Shown here piece by piece: positions 1-11,808 of a DNA stretch of 64,000 nt. This DNA is from Calcarisporiella thermophila CBS 279.70. Lineage: Eukaryota; Fungi; Calcarisporiellomycota. The stretch lies in the NCBI RefSeq assembly GCF_041956535.1, contig NW_027192194.1, positions 550,545 through 614,544 on the forward strand, given 5' to 3'. Made by a program: the position numbers and the translations under genes. The notes under the pieces were generated by a model, which made no database searches, was not told the DNA's origin, and saw only the letters and a program-made list of their open reading frames with translations. The stretch's first letter is position 1. Every line of letters begins with the position of its first letter.

Positions 1-134
1 CTGCTGTTATAATATTCCATCCATTCAGGAGATATGAGCATTCAAAGGAAAATTGTTAAAACACGCTGTCACATTTTTCCCTACTTGTATATGCAATTTA
101 AGAGACGTTCGTAAGTGGTGAGAAAAAAAGGCAG

Positions 135-145
135 TCGCGCGTTTT
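135..145. promoter_or_regulatory. MCB/E2F-like CGCG element upstream of DONSON
   Basis: TCGCGCGTTTT about 55 nt upstream of the ATG; AAAACGCG on the minus strand. Confidence 0.4.
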
Positions 146-197
146 AACTCGTGTTTTCTCCATTACACCAGAAATAATTAACATACCCCCCTTTGAC

Positions 198-3014
198 ATG
201 AGTACAAATGAGGCTACTTTAAAACGAAAAAAGGATTTACCTGGCCTTGCCGAATTAAGGGTAAGCTGGAGTGATGTGGATCTAGATTTTTCGCCCTTTC
301 AAGAGAATGTTGGGAGTTGAATAGAAACGAATATTTTGTCTATCTTCATTCAAATAGCGTCAACAGAAGCGACGCGCTCTTGCAGATAAATTGCGTAATC
401 TCTCCTCCTCTAATGCTTCCACTTCATCCAAATCTGTACCTCAAACCACGAAAGAAACATTATCCTCTAAGTCTAGCAGTACGTGTAGTATTATTAGCAA
501 AAATAGACGGACTTTCCCTTCATTCAATTCTTTTCCTCGCCGTACGATGAGCATGCCTTCATGGAGAGGAGAGTCACATAATCCATTTACCTGTGAGAAA
601 CTGGTTGGTCAAAGCGGTGATGCAGTGAAAGGAGAGGGCTCGTTGCCACCCAAAAATCCATTTGAATTACTAGCCGATATTCCACTAAAACATGACGGTA
701 GTTCACCATCCAGCCAATTGGTGGGAGAAGTCAGCGAGAAAGAGTCATCGATGTATGATGCACTAAGCGTAAGTAGTATAATGTGTGTATGTTTTTTATA
801 TCTTAGTTTAATGTTGGAGTTATATATATATAGCATTTAAAGCGCTCCTTGACGTATAGCGTAAATTCTATCGATGATCAGCGAGACGTGGGGGTTCCTC
901 TCCTACTAGATATTAATGCTCACCCAGATATCAAAGAATCGCTGCTTGACAAGGGATCAGAGTCGGATGGCTCGCTATCTGGTGAAGAAGGCGATATCGA
1001 CGACTACGATTATGATGATGCAAGTTTTGTTCCGAAGCGGCTCCGCGGACTTGAAGAGAAATTCTCACAGCTTAATCAAGAGACCAGTAGTACTGCAGAC
1101 ACGGATAATGGATTGGGTAAACTGGCAAAAGCAGGTCCAGAATCGGAGGAAGCGGAGGAAGAAGAAGAGGAGGGGGACGAGGACGAGGACGAGATGGGGG
1201 AGGAAAAACCCAAGCCAGACCTGGATGAAAGGCCAAGACTATTGCGGATGTTGCAAGATCCAGAGAAAAATCATACTCTATCAGGACTGGATATTGACAA
1301 GTTTTTAACTACAGGTAATAGTGCTCTTAGAATAAGCTTAGGGTAAATGGCGGGAGTCTTTTAATATATAATTTTTCTTAGATATTGAAAGCAACAAAAG
1401 AGAGGAAGGGGGCTTACCAAAGGATGTATGTTGGTTTATTTATTTCCATGAGGGATTTGATTTGAAGACTTACACTCATCAACCATAGCAGGGATCAGAG
1501 AAGCTTCCTTTCGATTGGACACTTAAAACCTTCTACATGTTCAGATCTTTCAGTTCATTTGCTTGGTGTGAAGACGGGCGGCTTCGGGGTATACGCGAGA
1601 CGGATGGATTAGAAAAATTTATTAAGGGTGAACCCTTAAAACCAATATCCAAACTTCCAACGGCATCTATCCCTTTGTTCTCTGGCCTCATTTTTTATTT
1701 ATCGAGTCTAACTCTGTTTTCACTTTCAGAATCCAACGCTAATACACCAACAAGAGTTTGAAAAATGCCTTTATCACTACGAATACCCCGCATCAGATCC
1801 CTCGCCTATGCACATTACATTGATGACACGGCTATTCGCAAGAAAGCACAATTTAAAACCGGAGGAAAAGGAAGAGATGGAGCATTATTTTAAGCTAGAG
1901 GAGGAATGGTAAACACCACCCTTTGTCATATTCTACATATTGGTAATCCCTTTCGTTTACTCTGATCCTTAGGCAGCAATCTTTTCAATCTCTCTACTGG
2001 TCATTGCGTAACCAAAAATGCCCGTATTTCTACTACATCAATCAGGAGTTTAGTGTGCTCTTCCTCTCTCCTGAAATGCAGCTGTCCCGAGAGCCGATGG
2101 CAATCCTCAACCGCTCCACAGTAGGACTGCGGCATGCGCTTGAACGCGAAGGTATGAATTAACGCATTGAAGTGTCTACTTAATTCCCGGAGAATGCCAG
2201 CTAAGGTGAAAAAAATAACTTACTAGGCATCGAGTTTAGTTTACCATTTCACAAACAAAAACATGAGCATATTCTGGATGAAGAAGCCTCACTGGATGAG
2301 GGAGAAGCCGAGAAGATTCGGGAGGACTTAGAGGAACTAGAATCACTTCAACGGAACTCAACGTCCGTATTAACTATACGCTTGCATATATCAATTGGAA
2401 TCTCACGCGTTCCTTTTTTCTAGTTTATTCGGACAGTCCAGCAACAAGCATATTGACAACACTGAGCAATCCTTGCTCCATTTTCGGGGCCATCTCGCTG
2501 TGCATAGTCTTTTCAACTTTCTCTTTAATTGGCACGAGCTGCGGTCGGAAAACCGCGCTCGCGGCTGCCCAAAACTTATCTCGCCTTGCGCCTTCCTGAA
2601 TGCGTCTCTTAAACGTGCCACGGTAGCGAATTGTTTTATGGATTCTTTAGCCTTCAGTATCCCTTAACCGTTCAATGCATTTCTGTCATTCAGATCGTAA
2701 AGAATAACAGTTTGAAAACTACCGGCAACGAAATCATATACCGGCTCGATATCCGTGGCATACTTCTTCCCTCCTCTCTCCACTACCTCGGGCGCCTTTT
2801 TTCAGTCTCACAGCGAAATGAGTGGTCATGTGGAGCTACTTCGGATGACCGTACATTGGGATTTAGGATGCCACCGGACGCTATACCCGAGGAACAAGCC
2901 AATCTAGAAGCGGATAGAACGCAAATGTATATCCCCGGAGTGGATGAGCTGTTGTTTGTGGACCACAGTATTCAGATTATGAAATGCAATGGGGGGAGAT
3001 ATTTTTGCTCTTAA
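198..3014 (+). CDS. DONSON: DONSON (downstream neighbor of SON) homolog, replication-initiation factor; multi-exon
   Basis: Manual splicing: ATG 198, intron 261-357, intron 769-833, further GT-AG introns, TAA 3014. Blocks KLPFDWTLKTFYMFRSFSSFAW, WQQSFQSLYWSLRNQKCPYFYY, STVGLRHALEREGIEFSLP, LFNFLFN...PKLISPCAFLNAS and YRLDIRGILLPSSLH match recalled DONSON blocks (PVDWSLKT, LCPYFY, TRGLREAM..EGIEFSLP, PTLLSPVAF) in the same order. Confidence 0.88.
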
Positions 3015-3190
3015 GGGTTCTGTAAATTAAAATATTCATGCTGCGGTTTTGTCATCAAATTTTCTGTGCATAGCAGATTTGCCACATTGAAAACCCCGAG
3101 ATTGTTTTGTTATTTTTTGGGGGGGCAAGATCTACTCTAGTGCGCATCATTCGATAATTGTAAACATCAAGGGTAACAATCAAAGCAATC

Positions 3191-5686
3191 ATGAATAAAC
3201 TGGAGCAGGAGGGCCAACCTTCGCGGCATAGGGCCAAGCGTGCTTGCGATCAGTGTCGGAAGAGAAAGATTAGGTGTAATGGGGGCCCGACTGCGTGTGA
3301 CAAATGCATTTTGGCGAATTTAGAATGCAGCCATGACAACGTAGCACGCAAACGTGGCCCACCCAAGGGCTACATCCAAGCAGCGGAGTCACGTCTCACG
3401 CGGGTCATTACAGTCCTCGGTGACCTTTTGGATAAGAACAATCCCAAAGTACGCTCCCTGATCTCGGAGTTATCCGCTCCACTCGAAACAGCTTCCGGTG
3501 ATATCATCCCGATCCGGACCTCTCAAGATGATCGTTCTTCAAATCGCTCCTCCTCCTCTCCAGAGCAGAATCTCATGAACTCCTCTTCCTCCATGGCTGG
3601 CGATCACCAAGAAGCGGACTCCAGCCTAGTTGCGCAGGATAAAGAAGGCCGAATGATAAAGCTGTCCGGCATAGAGAGCTTTCATGGTAGCGCAAGTGGC
3701 TTTTACCAACTACCCGAAAACTTGCCGCAGGTGGACGATTTTGATCCCCCCTGCAAAAAACTAGAGAGAATATATCAGCATCAGATAAACCCACACGAGA
3801 TCATAGACCGAAGCCTTTCTGATCACCTCATCGACGTTTTCTTTCACCATTTCCATCCGGTGTTTCCCGTGCTAGACCGACCCAAATTCATGGAGAATCC
3901 CTACAAGGACATGTCGAATGCCGGCCTTCTGTTGTTGAATGTAATCTACGCGATTGCGGCAAGGGCCTCGGAGGATCCCCGACTAGAGGCCTTCGTCGAC
4001 GCGGAAGAGCCCTTGATTACCGGAACCGTCTTCTTCAAACGGGCCAAGTATCTCTTGAGTCTAGAAAATGACATCTCGAGGCTCGTGACCATTCAAGCGC
4101 TACTGCTCTATTGCTTCTTCTATCCTGACCCGAAAAACTGGACCTATTCTGGAATTGTGAGTGGTTTCTATTGGATTATTTTTTCTGTGAGCCTATGTTG
4201 TGGGCACTAAATCCAGCTGTTCTTAATAGGCATTTCGGATGGCGGTTGATATTGGGTTGAATCGCCAGTTGCCCGACTTGAGCGGAGAGGAGATGCGAAT
4301 CAGAAAGCGTGTTTTCTGGTGCGCCTTTTTACTGGATCGCCGAATCGCCGCGGCTTATGGTCGCTCCGTTTCCCTGGACGAGCAGGAATGTGATGTTCCT
4401 CATTTTAATGAGGATGACGAGGAGAAACCTTGGTCATCGGAGTTCTCCCGGATGTTCTCCATTCCACCGCCGAGCAAGCTATCGATCATTTCCAATTTCA
4501 GCCAAAACGTCCTCATATACGAGATCCTTGGCCGGATCCTACGGGCCCTGTATTCTCCCACTTCCCTTCGCAGCATCGTACTCAACCATAATCCCTACGC
4601 CGTCGTATCTTCATTGCAAAACTCATTGACCTCGTGGCTGGGCCAACTTCCGCCAAGGCTTCAGCTGCCTGCCGAGATTTTCAAAAAGTCTGCTTCAAAG
4701 TCGCCGCTGGATCCAATTATGTATGATATCCATATCACCTACAACACCTGTCTAATTCTGCTTCATCGGCCGTTCATTCCTACCCAGCCTTGGGACTCAT
4801 CTAAGCCAAACTCGGCCAACATCGCCTCCTCACTCCAAACCTGTTACAATGCAGCGAACGCGATTTTGGAGCTGGCATATCAAAAGAGCGAAATGGGCTA
4901 TGGGATATTCGAACCGCGGTTCTACGATCTCTATACTGCGACCGCGTTCAAACACAAGTATCGCCAGGTGCTTGGGATTTCATTCACAGAGCTGCGCGCC
5001 ACCTGGGAGAAGATGCTTGAGGTGATTCGTTCGGCCGAGTACTGGAGCCCCGCCGCACGGAAGAGTCGCCTGTCTATTCAGCGATTTCTCCAGACAGATG
5101 AGTTCCTTGGAGCGGATACGAACAGGGACAACTCTGGGAACAAAGAAGCCTTTAAACAGTTACAAAATCCGACAGCCATGGACTCGATTTGCACGGCCGC
5201 TCTATCGTCAGGACAACCACCAGGTAAGGGCTCTTTTGTGTTGAGTAGTCCCACTCTCGATTGTGTATTTAATTACTCTCATATTCCTTGCTGATAGCAT
5301 CCGAAACGGCCGGCGTACCCCATGCGCTGTCTGCCCTTTCTGCACAAGCGCCAACTATTCCGCAGCCCTTCACCCCTCTCGTTTCGTCAGAGCCAGCGTC
5401 TGTGAGTAATATGTTGGACGCTTTGCTATTTCAATCGTCACAGCAACCTCAGAGATTCTCTCTCCCGGCCCAAACGTCTATTGAGCCATCTCACTCTATC
5501 ACGCCTATGATGGATGCACCACCCGCCTTGGATCTACCCTCCGAGAATACTATCAATCAATTGAATTTATTGCATTCTCTCTGGCTGCAGATGTCGGCCG
5601 CCCCACAGCCGATTTCCGATAATGCCTGTTTAACGTCCGAGTCCCGGATGCCTGTGGATGGAGAGGAACTCACAGGCTATTTTTAA
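3191..5686 (+). CDS. Zn(II)2Cys6 transcription factor with Fungal_trans (MHR) domain (TF-A), 3 exons
   Basis: ACDQCRKRKIRCNGGPTACDKCILANLEC; FFHHFHPVFPVLD; AFRMAVDIGL...RKRVFWCAFLLDR; introns near 4157-4229 and 5224-5298. Confidence 0.93.
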
Positions 5687-6168
5687 TTTAACCCATTGTA
5701 AATCCTTATGTCTCTTTGTTGCTTAGGCCAGGTAAACTCGTTCAACTGTACTATAACCACCTGTATAGTTTTATATTTATTTCCTCCTCCTTCCCCCTCC
5801 CCTCCCTCCCCTTTTTAAGCTGGATTGAAGATGAAATATAGTCTTTTATGTCTGAATTATCCATAATGACAAAACCGAAGTGTCTACTCTTATCTAGTGC
5901 AATAGGATGCCGAGCAGGGTGAAGATGGGATATCAATGTTGAAATTAAGGTCGCGATTTCACGACCTATAATGTCCCCGTGGCAAGGTACAAGTTGATCG
6001 CACACGCACTTTATGGGTAATGACCCGGTTTCATATTTAAGATGCAGTTTTGACAAAAATTACAAATATGTATAAATACAGTTAAAGTTTTCAACTATAT
6101 ATAGAGACAGAGTCAACCTCAAGTAAAAGCAATGAAAAAATCGTGGTAAATCTCCGACTAAGATTTGA

Positions 6169-7762
6169 TCAACTCCTGCCTTCATTTTCATAGTCGTCGT
6201 TGAGGCATCCCATCTCCAACTCTTCCTCAAAGTCCTTTTGCTCTTCGGAAAATTCCAACGAGTCATGATCAGCGAGGATCATATGACCGTTGCGATCGAT
6301 CGATAGTCGATGGCCGTTCATGGCTGACCTCTGCGCGTTCTGTCCACTTCGTTGCCAAAGTGTAATAAGGCCATGGGTGTAGAGAAAAGTGATAAATGCG
6401 AACGAGATAAGCACATTGCCATACGATGATACATCGATCATGATCCGCTCAAATGTTTGGACCTGCTCCTCCGTAGCACCCATGAACAAATAGCCCGAGA
6501 GGATCAGCAGCTAGATACGTACAAACATTAGGTCGAGGCGAAATCAGTGAGAATTCTTAATATACATACAAAACATGGCAAATGCTGGAACGGGTGTATT
6601 TTGTCCATCTCGCTGTTCTCGTTTACCACAAAGCAAACCTCGATGATACGTGAAATGGCGCCCGACATGAGCACGTACCCGAACAGGCTGTGGATTTTCA
6701 GGGAATACTGGCTGTGTTGTGCGTGGCCCACCATGCTATAGCCTGTAAAAAGGATCACCAAGGCCGGCACAACACTTCTCTTTCCGTTCCGCGAAAGGAA
6801 TATGCCTACCATACCTCCCGTCCACCACAGGATGCCGAGCGAGGTGTCTAAACAGTACAAACATAAGCTCATCGTCTAACTTATGGATAGGCATTATCAT
6901 ACGCTGCATATCCCCATGGTTCCAGGGCTGGCCCCATCGATGTTCTGTAAATGCGTTAACAATCCCCCACTAGAATGGAAAAAGAGGCCACATTGAATTA
7001 GAAATTCTATCGAAAACTGGGTTGCTAACATCTCCTTACAAGCATAATGACCCAGCTGTCATACCACTCGGGAGACTTGTTCCTTCTTCGCAGCCATGGC
7101 CCACCAACGCGCAGAATTAAAATCATCACAATTCCATATGCGATAAAACTGCTTCCCATTATAAAATGAGCAAGGCATTGACCAAAGTGATCTGATGATA
7201 TTCAAATAGCCTAGCATTTAGCGACTAGCCGATGGGATATATTAGGTGAAATTATACCTGCAAAGCAGAATCCAGTAGCAGCAATCACACCCAACACCAT
7301 CTGAGCGTATCCAATGACCGGGAATGCTCTTCCGAGGACACCGTGTAGAAACACCACCATAGGGCGCAATTTTGCGTTGAGTCCACGATTCCAATGTAAC
7401 TTCAAATATGTGCCCATAATTCCTTGTCCAATGACAAGGAATAGGATCCAACTAGCAAAAGAGGCATGGGCGACATGTGGAAATTGATGTCCGTGCGAAT
7501 GCCCTACAAAGATGCCTAATAATGTGAGAGAAATCCCCACCAGTTGTAGTGGGACATGCCATCGAGAGCGGGTCAGCCCAAAGACCATGCCGATAGGAAA
7601 AATGAATCCCCATGCAATAATTTGAAGGGATATATGCGAGATCAAGATCCAATCCTAAGAGAAACGTATTAAAGAGCAGAAGGATGCCTCGTGGATAGTT
7701 TCTGTATATTCTACCGAGCCATTCTCTCCGGCCATCTCCATTTTATGATTCATATCGTCCAT
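6169..7762 (-). CDS. YTP1: YTP1-family multi-pass membrane protein (cytochrome b561-like N-terminal part)
   Basis: HISLQIIAWGFIFPIGMVFGLTRSRWHVPLQ, HGVLGR, SPEWYDSWVI, EHRWGQPWNHGDMQH, GILWWTGG, FMGATEEQ; several short introns. Confidence 0.85.
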
Positions 7763-8041
7763 AGCGGTAATTAAGAAGCGACAAAGGCAGAAACGAAAAG
7801 AAAACAGATGTATTTCGAAGATCGATAAAATAGCATAAAACCCTGGAGCAAAATTTCACTGAAGGGGAGCAGGTTGAGGTTGGGCTGGAGCACAAATTGA
7901 AAAAAGCCATTTCAAAATAGGAGATTTAATTAACTTCACACTGATCAACCCGATCACTCAGCCGTTGTTCAATTTCGATAAATTAAAAGAGACTCTACTT
8001 TGAACTACAGGTCCCCACTCCCCCTAACAACAAACCGTATA

Positions 8042-9378
8042 TCATTCCTCGTGCGATATAGGATTGAAAAGGGTGGCTATGATGTCGGTCAGCGTGATCA
8101 TCATGCTGGGGCGTCCCAAGGAATCCAGCAGAAATGCGCGATGGACCTTCTTATCGAGAATTCTTCGAGACAAGTCGAGCAATGTCATGTTGGCATCCTG
8201 AATGCACAGCGACTTATCCAGGCAGTCAACTCCGTGCACCTTTTGTATAAACTCCTTGACCTACAAAAACAAATAGACAGAGAAATAATCCCAATTCAGT
8301 TAGCCCCATAGAGTGTCAAGACACAAGTGTGGACGTTGACTCAACTGGAGACAAGAAATGGATTGCATTCTCTTTGTTGAAACCTCTCAAGTCGGCACCA
8401 CTGCATGAATGCAAAAGGAGTTAGTTTTCAGCACACTTCAATTCAGGCAACAGCAGAGATCGAGTTCACCTCACGTTCCCAGCGAACTTTCCATCTACGA
8501 TCAATAAAATCAGATTCCAGTGGACACCATAGCCAAGAAGCCCAACCTACCATCATTTACGATAGCAATTGCGCTGCATTTATGGGTGAACATCGCCTTG
8601 AACGCTTGGAATGCTGACGTGCTCTCGTGGATGGTCACCATGGCGGTCGGATAATCTGCCTCGTAGTGTTCGGGGGAGCAACGCCCCATCGACACAAGTA
8701 TGTCGATGGATGTGTCGAACACCCCGGACGGAAAAAGCTCCCTGTTCTCCAGGGCCCACTGTAGCACATCTATCTGTGTGAGCATTTGTGGGCCATTTCC
8801 CCCCAACACTAATATTTGATGATTTCCCTCGGCGAAGTATTGGAGAATGCCCTTTAGGTCTTCCTCTGCTCTCCGCGGCAAGAACCCCGCACTCTCGCTG
8901 GTGAAGCCCGTGAGAGAGCCAACTGGTCGCTCGAAAAACGCCGAACCTTCGCGGAGTATCTGGTGTATTTTCTTGTCGGGGCCGGAGGCGTGGTGCCGCT
9001 GAAGCTCGTCATGAAGCTCGTCGAAGAGCGGCTGGAAGACCGAAATGGTCACCAAATCCAGGACGCTAATGATCCCTAAGAAAGCGGTGGGGGCAGAGTG
9101 TACATGGATGGGGATAGCCTGGAGATTTTGCTAATGAAACGGCAGAAATGTAAGCCAAACACTATATCAAACGGATGAGCTTGCCGAGTCTTTACCTCTC
9201 GTAGTATCTCGAGCATTTTCTCCATAGTAGTGTTTTCTGACACCGCCACAAGGGTTGGCTTTTGGCCCTTGCTCTCACGCCAATCGAGAAGGGCGCTCAC
9301 CTTCAGCTCCTTGAGATGGGAGCTCTTAGCTGTTGTTGAGACTTGAGTATTGGGCTGGGTTGTAGCTATGGGTTCCAT
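8042..9378 (-). CDS. CBS-domain protein (SDS23/AMPK-gamma-like)
   Basis: Repeated CBS signatures: LGIISVLDLV, MLTQIDVLQW, KCSAIAIVNDG, KKVHRAFLLD...MITLTDII; introns join ORFs 9076-9378, 8510-9055 and 8042-8239. Confidence 0.8.
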
Positions 9379-9764
9379 TGCGATGAGGAAATATAGAGTA
9401 CAATGAGACCGAGAAGCGAAATGAATCGCGAAAGAAATAAAAAAACTCTCGTGGGGGAATGATATAACCCCTTGCTTTTATTTGAAACCCCGCGATCAAC
9501 ACTTGCCACAAAGGTAGAACTGGATGAGAGTGCAAATTGAAATTTATATATACAGCAAAAGCCAGGAAGGATTTGAATCAAAAAAAAAAAAAAAAGACCA
9601 GGAAGGGTAAAATAGTACAAGAATGTGAAAGCAAAAAGTCCACAGCCATAGGATGCAATAGTGGCCAGTTGAAAGAAGAGAGAAATTACGGAATAGGTCT
9701 GAATCGGTTTTGGAATACATCCTCCTAGGTTAGCCTTACTATATATTAAAGTAAACCTAAATGT

Positions 9765-11298
9765 TCACCACGATAGGGATGAATCCTCGGGCGAATGCCA
9801 TACACTATACTCCATGTGGCCGCGATATAAATCGCGAATGACTTTTCCATGAAGAATGGTCTGATATACAATAGGTTCTGCATGGCAGGGCGTAACACGA
9901 CCGTACCAGATCCCGCGTTGGCCCTTTTGGGTATAAACAATCACATTCCCTGCGAATTTGTGCCCTAATAGCATCGCATAGATAGAAGTATATCCATTAT
10001 GGAGTCCTCGTTAGCAAAATACGTCCTCATGTAATAAAAAACTCGTATTTCAAGGTACCTCCTATATGGCTCACCATGTATACAACAACGCCACGTTGTT
10101 CCTCAGCCATGTCGCACAACAGCCCTGCATCCTTCAAGTATCGGCTATTATCAAAACCAACGCAAAAGATTCCGTGGGAACTGAGAGTCTTCTCGAACTC
10201 ATCCCGAAGAAAGGGTGCAGTGATTGCGCAACGCTTGTCTCTCTTACGATGAGAGCAGATGAGGATGATGGAGTCATACGGCAGTTTTCGCACGACGAAT
10301 GGAGTGTCTGGGATCACCTCTGCATGCTCGCTCTTGTTAGCCTTCTTATTACCCCTTGTGCGCCCGTTAGAGACACCATTGGTGAAGTCGCTTGAATGAG
10401 AGTTTGTGCGCTCGCGAGTTTCTCGTCCATGCCTACGTGAATGCCCGTTCGTGTGGCCATTCGCATGGCCGTTGGAATAGCCATTGGAATGGCCATTAGA
10501 GTGCCCACTAGAGTAGCTATTAGAGCGGCTTCTCGATTGACCATAAGAGTGTCCATTAGGTTGACCGTTAGAATTGCCATTGGGATGCCGCTCGCTTTTC
10601 TGCTTCTCCAGGGACACATTTACTGAGTGTTCGCCACCACTACGTCTCTTACTTCTTTTCATGCTCTCTACTGTCGGCAGAGGTCGCGTCAGAAAAGTGT
10701 TATAGAAAAGCTCCGCATTCTGCGGGGTAACATTCGATATAAGAATATTGTCAGGCATCAATATCACATCGTGGGAGTCGGGGAGATCAGAGAAGAGGGT
10801 TAGCCGGCTAATATTTGTGAACATGATGTAGGCGTCCTGAGCCTTCTTTTCTTGGTTGTCCTCTTCAAAATCGATTTCGCTTCCTAAGCTAAATTTGTCC
10901 GACGTCCTCCTCGCTTTGTATTCTTTATCCACCCGAGACAGTTCCGCGGCCAAAGTGCCTTTATCCTGCTCTATGCGCTCCGCCCAATCCGTCTGTCCAG
11001 TCGTAATCATGACCTGGCGCACATAGGGTTTGACTGTGCCGGAGAGACGAGAAGAATGGTCAATGCGGAGAAAACCAGGATAGCGCGAGTGAATTAAGCA
11101 ATGCTGTAGTTCAGGACAGGTACGACATGGGTCTTCCACGAGATCCTCAGGCAAAGGTGGCAGGTTTATGTAGCTGATCTCGTCAGATGTGGGTGTGGAA
11201 TGCTGCCGCTCCTCATCTGGGGCGGGAGTGGATGGTCGAGAACTTGTAGGGGTAAGTGAGCCTAGTGTTGAAATTACGCTTTGGATAAAACCGCTCAT
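9765..11298 (-). CDS. APD1: Apd1/Aim32-family thioredoxin-like ferredoxin (sucrase/ferredoxin-like)
   Basis: ILICSHRKRDKRC and SHIGG|HKFAGN (split by an intron) give the 2Cys-2His [2Fe-2S] ligand pattern; GIWYGRV; C-terminal LSW and no mitochondrial presequence favour Apd1 over Aim32. Confidence 0.88.
10440..10585 (-). repeat. Degenerate 12-nt tandem repeat encoding (x-N-G-H/Y) units inside APD1
   Basis: PNGNSNGQPNGHSYG...SSGHSNGHSNGYSNGHANGHTNGH; recurring gccatt units on the + strand. Confidence 0.75.
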
Positions 11299-11808
11299 TA
11301 TATGCGATAGTCTAAAAAGAAATAGTCAAAATGCTAGAAAATGGATGCAATCTAGATTGAATTTGATCAATTGAAAAATGCATGAGTATATGAAGTGTGA
11401 GAAGCGAGGGTGAAAAAAAAATACGGAACTGTCAATTTTAAAAAAAAATAGATCGGCGTAGAAAATTGTGGCATAGCTATCTGATGATCATGCCATTTTT
11501 TTGATAATTCAATAGTTGCCGGTAAAAAGAAATAATCGTGACTGAATTTTTCGAATCTGCAGCAGTCGCCCTGTATTTTAATCCTGACCATGTCGTGTTA
11601 CTTTCAATTGCTTTATTTGACTTTTGAATATATGAGAAAATGAGAAATGACTAAGAGCACTCAGTATACAACATGTAGAAATCAAACAAAAAAAAAAGGT
11701 GCAAAAACCGCATAAATGAACCATGAATTTAATTTCCCTTTAGCATATAGCAGGAATTCTCGGAGAAGGTACAACTAAGAGAACAGCTCTATTAAGATCT
11801 AGGAAATC

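Noticed and set aside
11480-11546. TGATGA...CTGA pair resembling a C/D snoRNA
   Set aside because: No terminal stem and no recognisable rRNA guide; expected by chance in AT-rich DNA.
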